Shown: positions 39,763 to 53,070 of the stretch, one piece after another | Layout: every line of letters begins with the position of its first letter | Position numbering within the stretch: position 1 is the first letter of the stretch | Position numbers and translations under genes: made by a program | Notes under the pieces: generated by a model | Told to the model about the DNA's origin: nothing | Databases searched by the model: none | The model's input: the letters and a program-made list of their open reading frames with translations, nothing else | Assembly (NCBI GenBank): GCA_021613535.1 | Contig: CP075497.1 | Location: 6,200,001-6,264,000, forward strand | From: Adineta vaga | Taxonomy: Eukaryota > Animalia > Rotifera | Direction: 5' to 3' | DNA length: 64,000 nucleotides

Positions 39763-40077
39763 GAAAATATTAATCAAAGATGAATTTTCAGAAATATAGT
39801 AAAAGATATTTTTGAGGCGCTCAAGAATGAGTCATTTTCGAAGCAAAGTAAAGCACCAGATGAATCGTCATTATGACACGCATTTTTATGAGTATGGTAA
39901 GACATTTTTTCTATCTACTCCAAAAGGAAAGAAAAAAATTTGACATGCCGCAATCGTGACAATGCAATTCTGAGAATGTATATATATATAACGAAAGTAA
40001 ACCAGTCTTGTCTTTAATCTTCTCGTTGTATTTCATACTGAACATTTCTCGTACAAAAATTTGCATTTTCAATTACA

Positions 40078-40955
40078 ATGGCGACTAGTCCTAAACATCT
40101 GACGAAAGGTAAGAAAGGAACGAATTTTGAATGTTTTCTTCAAACGTTTGAATAGGTTCTGAATTGCCAACCTTGAAAGAAAATCAATTACGATTATATA
40201 CAATGCGCTTTTGTCCGTTTGTAAAACGAGCAAAACTTGTTTTATCTGCAAAAAATATTTCGTAAGGTTTTCTTTTCTTAAATTTATTCTATTCTTATCG
40301 TTGAATCCATTTTAGTTATGAAGAAATACCAATCAATCTAAACGAACTACCTGAATGGTATTTAGAAAAGAATTCAACTGGTGAAGTTCCATTATTAGAA
40401 TGGATTGATCATGATTCAAAACAGACACGTTCAATTCCTGAATCACTTATTATTTGTGATTATCTGGATGATTTATATCCACAAAATCGTCTTCATCCAA
40501 CTGATCCATATCTCAAAGCAAAACAAAAATTGCTTGTTGATAGATCTGGAAATGTTTGTCAACTTTTTTCATGAGTTTTAATGAGATAATTATTTATTTT
40601 TTTTTAAATAGGTTCGATCAGGATTTTATAAAGTACTTAGTCAGTCAGATGCGAATGCTGTTGAACAATTGAATGAAAGTTTGTCTGTCTATGAAGAAGC
40701 ACTTCATGACAAATTCTATGGTGGATCAAAACCAGCAATGGTGGATTATATGATTTGGCCATGGTTTGAATTTTTTCCAAATTTAAAAGAAGCTGGTTTT
40801 GTTTTGAATGCTGTGGAAAATCACCTAAATTAGCAGCTTGGATCAAAGCAATGGAAGCTGATGACGCCGTTAAAAAAAATCGAGTACCAGATGAAATAAT
40901 CAAGAAATTTATGGCTAGCCGACGAGGAGGCAATACAGACTATGACATTGAGTAG
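40078..40955 (+). pseudogene. GSTO: Glutathione S-transferase omega, 4 exons; frameshift at 40813-40814 (pseudogene or assembly error)
   Basis: 'RLYTMRFCPFVKRAKLVL', 'PEWYLEKN..GEVPLLE', 'ESLIICDYLDDLYP', 'GGSKPAMVDYMIWPWFE'. The segment 'PKLAAWIKAM...TDYDIE*' lies in another frame. The ORF track mostly misses this gene. Confidence 0.85.
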
Positions 40956-41196
40956 TTTTTTCAAGCATTTATTTCTTTAAAATACCTCAATTTTAGAATA
41001 AACACGATGAAAATCATGTTAAATATAATTTGTCAACAATGTTCACATTGAATGCCTTAGATACGCATCAAAATTTAGTTTTATTCTAACAAAAAAAAGA
41101 ACATCCGAGATACTTTGATGAATACATCGTTGACTTTCAAAAAGAAAAAAACGAGTTAAATATCTGAACAGAAATAATAGTTGTACGAAAATATAT

Positions 41197-41588
41197 TCAT
41201 TGATGTTTTTTTGCCCATTGTTCAAATGCATCTCTACATAGATAAAACAAATCACTAGATACTTTCATCGTTAATCGTACTTGCACATTATTGAAAGACA
41301 TTGTGCACTGCAATATTCTCCGTCCCATTCCGGATGATCAATCGATGGATTTTCACATCCAACACGTTTACATTTCGTTGTATTGGCAACATTTGATAAT
41401 GACTATAGACAATTAAAATGATCATGTATATATTCATTCATAATGGTTCTTAATCAATAGGAAAAGTTTATGTCATTTGAAAAGCTAGAAGGAATCTATT
41501 CAGTAATTTAGATTATTACCGATGTCGATGAAGAAAGTGTATCTGGCTTATTTGTATCTGCTACATAGTCTATGGACGCCATAAATAT
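41197..41588 (-). CDS. Three exons encoding a TOX4-type C-terminal Cys-rich domain (alternative 3' end of the TOX gene, or a separate small gene)
   Basis: Exons 41588-41520, 41402-41281 and 41233-41197 splice to '(IF)MASIDY...CKRVGCENPSIDHPEWDGEYCSAQCLSIMCKDAFEQWAKKHQ*'. This matches the TOX4 'CxRxGCxNP...WDxEYCSxxC' pattern. Confidence 0.8.
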
Positions 41589-41717
41589 CTGAAATAAAAT
41601 GATTTTTATTTACTCTAAAGTGTGAATTGAATAATTTATTGAAGATTTTTTTTGTTTTTAATAAACAGAAAACGAAGTAAAATGTACGAGACGCCACTGT
41701 GTAGTTAAACCTAGTGT

Positions 41718-43063
41718 TTAATTCCATTGAAAATGATTTTCATTACAAATCGTTGCCATTGATGCATGTTCATCTTCTTTTCGTTCATGTAAACTAGGAT
41801 GAATGTTATTTACATAATCATAATGTTTTTCAATCTGTCCATTTGTCATCGAAGTTAAATCGGCATATTGTGGTGTATTATTATTTAAATTATGTAAAAG
41901 ATTTTCATTTGTTTTTATATGTTCATTATCCATCGATGGTGGATGTGAATAATAGGAAGAATAATGTTCAGAATCAATAACAGGTCGAAGTAAACCATAT
42001 TGATGATAATCAGAATAATTATTATTTGAATCATAGGATGAATAAGTTTGATGTGTATGATTGGGAAAATAATGTTGATGTTCAGAATGATAAATATTGG
42101 AATTATCCTGAGAATAGGAATTTAAATAATGAAAATTATTATATGATGGTGTTTGTTGTTGAAGTGATGGCGTTGATGATGATGATGATGAACAAAATTG
42201 TTGGAAAGAAGGATGTTGTTGTTGGTGATGATGATGATGATGATTAGTATTGCTCATCATCGATGTTGAATGATACGATTTTTGATGATGTGATATTGCA
42301 TGAGGCGTAAATGATAAAGAAGTTTGATTGAGAAAAGGAGGTAGATTTGGTGTCTAGAGGAAGAAAGAATGATATGAAGATTTTATGAATGAACAAAATT
42401 GATTTTACTTGATGAGAAACTTGAACAGCACGATATGCAGCTAATTGTTTAAGATATTCTTTTTTTGCTGTGGCTGCTTTACGTTTATATTGCTACAAAT
42501 AGAGAATTTTATCAATGAATTCTTCTACATATACGACATACTTCTTTTATTTCTGGTTCAATATTTTCCCACATATGTGCCACAACTTTTGAAATCTCTC
42601 TAAAAACAAAATTTAATCTATCTTTTATTTTCAAAATATACTTTAATTTACCCAAATGATGGATTAGATAATTTCTTTTTAATATCATTCTGAGCATCAC
42701 GAAAAAATAATGCATACGGTGACACTGGCCTATGAATGAACGATGAGCAATTGGAAATCAAATAAGATTCTTTTTTACTTTTGAGGTTCATTTGGATCTT
42801 TACGTTTCTTTTTCGTAGGTTTCTTTTTCTTGATGACTTTATTTGTAATTGAATTATTCTAGAAAGAAAGGTGTTTTTATTAGGAAGAAAAAAGGGTGTG
42901 TCGTGACACATACCATACGATTGACTGTACTCGATGGTGTTGGTGATACTTCATCAATATCACTTGCTGAAGATTGTTGTGGAGAAATAGATTGATTCTC
43001 ATGTTGATATTGATGACGTGAATGTAAAGAATTTTGATTAAAATGAGTAGATTGACCGTACAT
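41718..43063 (-). CDS. TOX: TOX-family HMG-box protein; 5' end uncertain (possible upstream ATG near 43249)
   Basis: Spliced '[25 protein letters not shown]...[45 protein letters not shown]', then an H/Q/S/Y-rich terminal exon ending at 41718. Confidence 0.88.
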
Positions 43064-45363
43064 TTCTAAACAGAAGTAATCATTTAAATTATTTGAAGAA
43101 TATAAATTTCATCGAGACATTCCCCCCTCGACTTATTTCATATGTAAATTTTCTGCATTTCTCATATAGGTTAAACTATTAAGTCTAGTATTATTACGTT
43201 GTGATAGTGAATGATCATTATTATTGTGGTTTCCATAAATATGCTGCATTTTAATTGAATCGAATCGTTGTGGTATATTTGTCTTGTATCAATATTCCAC
43301 AAATAATAATCGTTGAATAGAATTCGTCGAATGTCTTTTCTGATGAACAATCTAGATATGTCAAGAAATAGAAAACAATATAAAAAGAACTGCTCGTTTC
43401 TTCATTCTCTGTTTTCATCAGTATGATTGCTCAGCAAAATAGAAAAAGAATCATTGACCACCTGTTTTTTCTTCTGATTCTTACTCTCAATTACAGCTAA
43501 TTTCATCATTTAAAAGACTTTTATATTCGTTTAAGCAAAAGACACCGCCCCTCAAATAAAACTGAACGATTATCACATCAGGGAGTCCATGTGGTAGCGG
43601 CATATGATCAATAAGACACAGAAGACATATTGAAAAAGAGAAAATTTACTTACGTAAAAAAAAAGAAAAGTAAAATGAAAGAATCTTGTCTTATTAGTAA
43701 AAGATATATGTACACGATGAGGACAAAAAAAAAGACGAAGAAAGGGTCATCATTTTTTATTCTCGGCTATGCCTGAGTGAACATTTCGTGGATGAGCAGA
43801 TCGAAAAACAAAAATATGCATATGACATGAATAGAAAAGAAAAATATCAATGTTATTATTTGTTAAATAATCAATTAAATGATTTCATAAGACATCTGAT
43901 CTTACGTAAAAAGGAAAAAAGAAAAAACTTTTGAGATTGTTTGTGTTTTTCTAATCTTTCTCAATAGAACTGTTGAAATCAATTGAAACAAGGGAAAAAA
44001 GAGAGAATATCTTTTCATAGACATTGGTTAATCTTCTCTTTTCTTTTTCTCAAGAAAACTTAGCAGAAAATTAGTTTCTACACCAATGGAAATATAGAGG
44101 AAAACAAGAGAAAGAATAGATGATTGGCTAAAAAAAAAGGAGAGGAAATAATTGTAGGTAATTTGTTCTTTCTACTTTTTCTTTCATGATATTAACAAAT
44201 GATGATTTTTCATTCCTTGACAAACCATCTGTCAGATACATTTCTACGTCATATTCTTAAAAGAAACTTTGTGGTTGAGATTCTTTATTCTTTGTTAACT
44301 AGAATGGATACACTTGTACTTAATCTATTCGAAAAATCTCTTATCATTTTGTTTACATGTATAAAAATCTGTTAAATACATGTTGTTTTCTATTGACATA
44401 ATTCTCAATATCTGCATGCCAGATCTTTCTCTATGATTAGAACTCAATGTATACATCAATCTTCTGACAGACAGAAAGAAATTCTTCTAGTTCATTATCA
44501 ACTACTCCGCCCCCTATTTCTAAGTAATTCACATCTGTACGTATACATACAATTTCCCTATTCAATTATCAGAAGCAAATCAAGAAAGTGTAAACACATT
44601 ATTCGTTTCAATGTTAACTAACCGAATCTAATAGATCGAATGGAATGAAAAGAAAATCGTACAAATTCAATCAATCGATGAATAGAATAAAGATTTTCTT
44701 TTCTTTCGTTATAGAAAAAAATGAAATCAACTGGAATTTATTGAATCGAAGTGCATCATCATCTTTTCACTTAGGAAAAAAGAAATCTATTTAGTGATTG
44801 GAATTTACACATCTGTAGTTATTCGATGATTGAAGATTTAACATACGAATCAAAACTTCTTCATACTTCATCTCTAATTGCTTTTTGACATGTATCGAAC
44901 AATCAATAGGAAAATATTATTTCATATACACTTACTTTTCACCGTCGTTGTTTGTCATGTTATTTAGATTGTATTGAACTTTTAATTTCTTTAAAAGATT
45001 TCTTTTTTTTATCTTCTTCTCCAATTCTATAACATCTAAAAAAAGGTATCATTTACACAACACGATCGATGAAGACAATGGCAATCAAGATGACATTATA
45101 TGTACGTGTGACATTTTCAATAACAGCTCATATTCGGCACTTATTCTTGCTATCCGTTAACTTCTGTACTTAATATGACGACAAGTGGACCTGAATTTAA
45201 GTCATATATTCGTTCTTTTTTATAAAGAAGAAAAAAGACGTTCACACACAAAGACAAGCATAATGGTCAATGAAATTTACAACAACAGAAAAAGAAAAGT
45301 TGGAAAAGATTTCATGACCCCCAAAAGAAAGAAAAATACATCAATGAGATAACAAGTTCTGTA

Positions 45364-48300
45364 TCAAGATGTTGGTGCTCGATTACTATAAGCAGCATAA
45401 GCACGTTGAGCAGCATTTGCTGATGATGATACCGTTGGAGGTGCTGATATCGTCGCTGCTGATTGTTGATTACTATTCGTCGATGAAAACTAGAAAGATA
45501 GTAGAAAATGATTAGAACTTTGAAAAAAAATCTGTTTTTAAATAGAAAAAAAGGATAATTATGAATTTGAACTTACTTTCTCTAAAAAACATTGTCCCTC
45601 TTATTTTCCTTTTCTGCGAAATACGAATTTTCCAATGACAAAAAATAGAGAGAGAGAGAGAGAGTAACAACAATAGTTTTTCCAGAAAAAAGAAAAACCA
45701 AAGCAAATTTCGCGCAGATATGTCAATCAAATCAATGCACTTTTCTGTCTTTAATCGAGTATAAGAGTCACTTGAGTTGATACCTGACAATTGAATTGAT
45801 CTGCCGAAGACAATGAATTGATCGTTGTCAGATGCGTGCATGTGTTACATATTTGTCTGCAAATGATACTAGTAAAATGAGCAGGCCAATTGAGAGCGCA
45901 ACGATCAATTAGTTTTCCAAGAAAAAACAAACAACTTTTTTTTTATTCCTCACATCTTTTGAAATCTTACAAAAACAATAAAATTCTCTTTAATTCATTC
46001 ATCCGTTCGAAGAAGTCAGTAGTTTTTATCCGTAGAAAAAAGTTTGTTTTCTTAAGTCTTTACTAAGAAACTTACAACAATGGCCAATAAATGCAAACAC
46101 CAGTGACATGATCGATCATTGTTTACAGTTTAATATTTCAGCTGGGAAGTTATAACTTCATATGTATGTGGTCAAGTTACTCCATGCTAGAAACAAGAAG
46201 TAGGACGCGACACTCGAGAGAGAACAACAACAGCAACAATAATAAAACATTTTTTTGATTTTAGTGTAGATTCTCTCTTCTATAAGTTAACATCAAGAGT
46301 CAAACCAGTCGGGAAAAAAAAGAACTTTTTCTTTGAACAACATTACGAGAAAAAGGAGGATAAATCTCGAGTTAAATTCATATTCATCTTTTATTTGTAC
46401 TCACCGGCATTCCGTTGTAAGATGTGGATGGAGTTTGTGATTGAGTTAGAGCTGCAGATGCAGCCAGTGAAGCTGCTGTTTGCATTTGTGTATACCTAAA
46501 AGAAAATATGAAATATTTTCGGTTATCATATGAATAATCTTATTTCTTGAAAATATGTTTTGAATGATTTTCTTCTTTACTCAAATTTAAAAGAAAAAAA
46601 AAGATTATACCATTGTTGATAAGCAGCAATTTGTGAAGCATCATAACCAGCATTAACCCTAATAAAAAATGTCGATAATGTAAAATGAAAATAGAAAGTT
46701 GATTATAACTTACCACTGTTGCATCCAATTTTGTTGTGCATCTGCAGCTGATTTTGTTGGATCATTCATTGTATTGATTTGTGACGGATTGGTTGAATGA
46801 TTCCAAGCATTTTGTGTAGCAGCACTCAATGCAGCTGCTTGTAAAATAGTTGCTTGTTGAAGGTTAGCTGCTTGTTGCATAACTTGTAATTGTTGTTGTT
46901 TAGCTTGTAATTGCTGTTGAAAGGTCTAAAGAATAAAGAAAAGATGAAAATTTACTTTCTTTTACTGAATATTTGAATTATGACATACAATCAAATACTG
47001 TTGTTGTTGAGGTGTAATCGGTGTACCTGCTTGTTGAGCTTGCATAGCTTGTTGCAATGCAGTTGTGTATTGATTATATTGAATATGATATTCACTACTT
47101 GCTTTCGCATAAATTATTGCTGGATTTGTTTCTAAATCTGATTGTTGTTGATCTTGCTGTTGCTGTTGTTGTGATTGCTGTGAAGGTGGTTGTTGAACTT
47201 GTGATTGATTCGATGATTTCCATTGATCATAATTTGTTGGTCCGCTGCTATTTCCATTCCATTGATTATTATTCATATTATTATTTGATGGAGGTATATT
47301 GTTATCCCAAGAACGTTTGTGATTAGAATCGAAATTTTTATTTTGCCAATCATTATTATTTGAATTCCAATTTCTTCCATTTTGATTATCACTACCAGGA
47401 TTTGACCAACCACCGTTGTATCTGTATGTTTTTTTTAGAGAAATGAATAAATGTTTACAAGAGGAGAAAAAAAACAAGTAAAATTATGTTTACCGATTAT
47501 TATTAGTATTATTATTATTAGAATAATTATCATAATTGTTATAATCATTTTGATTATTTGAATAATTTCTGTCATTCGATTCCCATGATAATCGTTCTAA
47601 TAATTGGCAACGTTGTTTATAATCTTGAAAATTCTTTATACGCGTATTTACATCCAATTCATTAAGTTGTCCATTAGAATTCAAAAGTGGCACCGGTATT
47701 GGTCGTAATTGACTAGGATCAAATGAATTTAAATCTATTGTCATTAAATTTGTAGGTAAATCTTCATTAGTATATCCATCATTTCCCCACTCATTTCCAT
47801 TATAATCACCATCTGTCCAATTTTCATCAGGATTGAAAACTGGATATTGTGGTACTAAAATAAAACATGAAAAGAGAATGTGAAATAAAACTTATCGAAA
47901 ATAACTTACTTCCAACATTTGTTACCCATTTATTAAAACCATTTTTACGTCCAAGTTGGAGTAGAATAGGATGAACAACAGCTCCTGCTTCATTCAAAAT
48001 ATGAATAAGTGCTGGAGCATGTCTAGCATCTTCATTAGAGAAAAATGTGAATGCTATTCCGGACTGTGAATTACGACCTGTACGTCCAATTCGATGTATA
48101 TAGACTGCATCCGATGTTGGATAATCATAATTAATAACGAATCGTACATCATCAACATCTACATATAGAAAAGTTTCTTTTCGAAAGCAAAAATGACGTT
48201 TTAAAATTAATTACCTAAACCTCTTGAAGCTACATCTGTTGCTAGTAGAAGTGAATTTGCTGTTTCACGAAATTCTTTAAGTACTTCATTTCTCATCTGT

Positions 48301-49585
48301 TGACTCTTTGATCCATGTAGAAGTAAAGCTTTGTAACCATTCTGTTCCAATTCTTTACTTAATCGATTGACTTTATCACGTGTTCGAACAAAAATAATCG
48401 CTTTTCTATCAGGTGCATAAGCACAAACTTCATCAAGTACTTTGAAAAGATTTTGTTTCTTCTGTTGTTCATTCGGACAAAAATCTACTATTTGCTGTAT
48501 ATTTAAGTTTACAGCATGAGATTCTGATAGACAGCCAACAGTTGCATGTACATAATTTGTTAAATATTCTTCAGCTAGAGCTTTTATTCCTTTTGGCCAA
48601 GTCGCGGAAAACATGGAAATTTGCGCTTGACGACGTGCTGGTTGTTGTTCTTGTTCTACATCACTAGAAGAAGAAAAAGAAAACGAATTTCGTCGAATAT
48701 TTTCAATCATATTACTTACTCGGATGATGGTTTGGGTGTTTTAAAATCGGCTAAGATATTTCTAACTTGAACTTCAAAACCTAAATCAAACATTTTATCA
48801 GCTTCATCCAATACGATAAAAGTCACGCGATAAAGTGTTGTGATTTTTGATTCTAGAAAGTCATGTAATCTTCCTGGTGTACATATATACACTTCTTTTC
48901 CATCACCAATTTCATTGATTTGTTTTTCTCTTTCATCACCACCGATAATACACAACGATTTGATTCCAAATAAATTAAAATATGGTTGAGCAACTGTATG
49001 AATTTGTTGTACTAATTCTCTAGTAGGTGCTAAAACAATAGCCATTGGACCATCATCTGGTTGTAAGGGTGGTTGTTCACGTATGTGAAATATCAATGGG
49101 AGAATAAACTAAAATAAATTATTAAATAGAAGAAAGATCTTCGAAATTCAAAGTCATGATTAACTTACAGCGAGAGTTTTTCCACTTCCTGTACTGGCAA
49201 TACCAACAAGATCTCGGCCATGACTAAGAATAGGCCAAGCTATAGATTGAATAGGAGTTGGCATATCAAATTCACTTTCTTCAAATTGTTTTAAAACTTC
49301 TTCTACAAAATAATGAATATTGATCGTAAAAGTATTCAGATAAGTTTTCATATGAAGAATGTCATTACCTGTAAAACTTGTATCACTAAATTGTAACCAT
49401 GGACGAATACCAGCTGCATTTTCAACTTTGATATGAAATTCTGCACAGAAGGATTGGACATCATCCATATCAGATATTGTTGGAACAATTTGTTTAGATT
49501 CAGAATCAGAATTGTTCTCTACCTGTTCTTTCTCTTCTTCAACATCATTTACATTAGAAACTTCGGTAGAGTTTTCCTCACTCAT
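45364..49585 (-). CDS. DEAD-box RNA helicase, DDX5/DDX17/DBP2-like, with a long N/Q/W-rich C-terminal extension; intact
   Basis: Q motif '[10 protein letters not shown]', 'ASTGSGKT', 'PTRELVQQ', 'TPGRL', 'DEAD', 'SAT', '[11 protein letters not shown]', '[10 protein letters not shown]'. Phase-consistent exons run to TGA at 45364-45366. Confidence 0.9.
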
Positions 49586-49755
49586 TATGAATATATTCTC
49601 GTTTCAAAGTAATCTATCTAGCCTAGCGCTTTCTTTTTTTTATCGTTATATCGTGCCATGACAGAATGACAATTGCCTTTTTATTTTTATTGGTTAAAAC
49701 AAAATGACAAATCAATGTTTAGAACAATTTTAATGATAGAGGTCAGTATATGTTT

Positions 49756-52470
49756 TTAAACAAGAAGAGACCATGTCGATGAATCTATTGCTTGAGGATT
49801 ATATATACAAAAATATTGTGTTCCGTAAGTAATCAGTTGATAATTTGGGCAACAGAGAAGAATCGTACGTAGACAATTTGTTGTATATGGTTTAAGAGTA
49901 AATCTAGAAGCAAAAAAAGGAATAATGATCATTTCAATATTATTCATGTTTTTACTGATATCGGCATTGTGCTATACCATTCACGATATTATCGCAACCA
50001 GTTAAACTTATTTGATAGTTGTATGCAATACATGGTTGAGTACCTATGTAAAATATTGAAATAAAGAATATTAAAAATAAAAATTTAATCAATGAACAAC
50101 CTTGACCGTTACACGGCTGATAACTTAAACATCCGCCACATGTTGGTTGTGAATCTAGTTGACAACGATATGATGAAGAACATGTGGATGGAATTGTTGT
50201 ATTTGCTATCGAAGTTGAAGTAGCAGTAGCAGTAGCAGTAGTTGTTGTTTTTGTTGTTGGCAACATAGTGCTAGTTGAAGTAACACTAGTCGAAATGGGC
50301 AATGCTGATTGATTTACAACAGATGTTCCTTCGGCATCTACGATAGAAAAATCTATACGGAAAAGTATTGCATCACTACTTTACCAAAGAAAATAGTAGC
50401 TTGAAAACCAGCTTGTGCAGTTCTAGTTGTAGCATTAATATAATTATTAGAACGAAAGATTACTACCATAGTATTCGATTCTGCTGTTACATTTAACCAT
50501 ACAGTTGGTATTGTAGTTCCACACCATCTATAAAAACAGAAATCAAGATTAAATTTGTTTATTTTGAAGATATGTCTATATTAGACTAGTACGAACCGAG
50601 CTCCAGTCAAAGCAAGATCACTTTGAAATTTGACTTCAAGTACAGATGATAAACTACAAACATAACGTGCTACAGTGTTAATCGAATCTATTCGTAAACG
50701 AATCTTTCTAGCTGATTGAGACTACGATAAAACGAAAGAAAGGAATAAAAACAAAACGAAAAAAAACAAACTATGTACTTTGATGTGATAAACACAGTAT
50801 TGCAGTGTTGATGTTGTACTAGTTGGGGCAGGATTTTGAATAGTAACTTGCATGGATACAGATGGTGTTGGATTTGTAATTGTATCTCCACAGTTACTGG
50901 CTGAATCGCGTTGATCACAATAGGTACCTGAAAATCCTTCAGGACATACACACCGTGTACATGTTTTTGGATCGAGATAACCATTATTTTGACAATTATT
51001 ATTTGTAAACATCAATGGACATTCTGTTCGACTGAAATAGAGACGATTAATTTGTTTATAATCATAGAATGCTGCTTTTTCTCTCTGGCCTATTGTTCTT
51101 TGATATCGAGTATCAATAGGTATTATAGTTGCATCACCATTTTTCGAAAATCCATATCCATCATAATGCATAAACGAACCGAAATCATATGGAAAAGTAG
51201 TATCAGTAAACTTTATTGTTCCATAGTACCATTTATAAAAATTACCAGCATAATCTTCCATAATATTTGCTGAAACAAGTGAAACATAATTATCACGATC
51301 TATACGTGATTGTGTATGAATAAAACCAAGTGTATGACCGATTTCATGCATAATCGAACCAATTATCTAAATAAATAACATAGAAGAATCAATCTTTGCA
51401 TAGAAATTTAGCATTATCATTAGTTTCTTTAAAAAAAATCTTTCACTTACACCACTACAATATGCTGAAATGAGTATTACTGATGTTGGATCAGTTGCAT
51501 CATATCCAACTGGACTTGAACAACCATAATCATCATCACGACGAAATGAAATATAAGAGGTATTTGTAGTCGTTGTTATAACTGATAATTCATTGAATTT
51601 CAAACAAGTATTACTTTCCCAGTTGGAAACACCAGTACGAACTAGAATAAAAAATTTACAATTGAATAATTCAAATAACGTATTTTCTGCATACTATTAG
51701 CAGCCATAACTGACGTTAAACCGGATGCTACATTGATATAGTAATTGATTGGTGAAGTCCATCTGTTTTGAATTGATCGACCATCAATTTGCGAACGTTG
51801 TTCTTCACGAATGACTGGTGTGTATGTAACACCAGAAAGATCATAAAGCGTTTGCAAAGTACTATAGTAATTGCATTTTATTAATAAAAACATGATAATA
51901 CTATATCAACACTCACGTGGATTCAAAAATATCTTCTAGTTGATTTCGACGAATGTATAATGATTTACAATCAATAGTACCTTTTGTAGCATTTTCGGGA
52001 GAACTAAATGTTACGGAAGACTTCTCTGTTGTATCTGGTGAAACCTAAAAGTTTGGAAAAAATAAATCATATAACTGAAAAACATAAACGAACTAATGCA
52101 AGTGCATTCATAATAATTTTTGCATTATAAACAAGAACACAATCTTCGATTTTTTGATTTTGATCACAAATATTCGCTTCAAGAGCTGTTTTTATCGTCA
52201 ATAGACCATGTATTGAAATCTAGGATGCATCAAAGAATTATTCAATTGTTTAAAATAGAAATCGTTTTTTCTTCAATAACATACATTATGATTTTGATCA
52301 ATTGGTATCGTACTGAAAGCATCAACAGGTGATGGTTCTGTATTACGTTTTGATCGAAGGACAAGGACAACAGCGAGTATAACAGTCAGTATTAATATGA
52401 CAAGAAGAATTATAAGAAGCCGATAATACCATGTACAAGAACGGTTTTTTGATAGTTTATTCTCATCCAT
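49756..52470 (-). CDS. Astacin (M12A) metalloprotease: N-terminal TM anchor, astacin, EGF, CUB, Thr-rich stalk and Cys-rich tail
   Basis: 'HEIGHTLGFIHTQSRIDRD', Met-turn 'SFMHY', EGF 'CQNNGY...CVCPEGFSGTYC', CUB-like 'YCVYHIK...IRLRI...WCG'. The TM exon at 52470 splices in phase through two linker exons to the catalytic exons. Confidence 0.88.
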
Positions 52471-53070
52471 TGATACAAAGGATTTATCTATAGCTATGAA
52501 TCAGAAATTCTGATTTCGAAATAAAAAAGATGTATTTATATTACATACCATTTGGATTCCAAACGCAATCAGTAGAATTTAACATTGAAGTATATGAAAA
52601 TCAAATCTACGCGTTTATGGATATATTATAGTTTACAGGTAGGATGGTCATTATTGAATTAATGTAAAAAAGATTGTATTTTTCTCATAAGAGTATGATC
52701 AAATCAATATATAATTCGAGATGGTAATATTATTGAGAAAAAAACAATATTACTTTGTACTTACCATACATTTCAAACATCTTGACATAAATTAATATAT
52801 GTATCGATATACGATATAGTTTAAGAGAATTGATATTTGGTATTTTTTATTAGAAAACTAATAAAAAATTAGAAAAAAAAAGAAGATAAAAGATTTTGTT
52901 AGACTTATTTTTTTTGAAGATATATTGGAATATTATTACAAATCACAATTGAGATGATTTGCATACTATTGGACGATTCGATTACTAAATATTAAAAAGA
53001 ACCAGCTGACGAAGTTTTTATAAGAAGTCTCTTGATTAATAGGTAGTTGTCCACATGGATAAAAAGTGAT

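Noticed and set aside
7794-40955. Programmed ribosomal frameshifting as a common explanation of the four frameshifts
   Set aside because: The shifts differ in direction and size. They share no slippery heptamer, AAA-stop context or obvious downstream structure.
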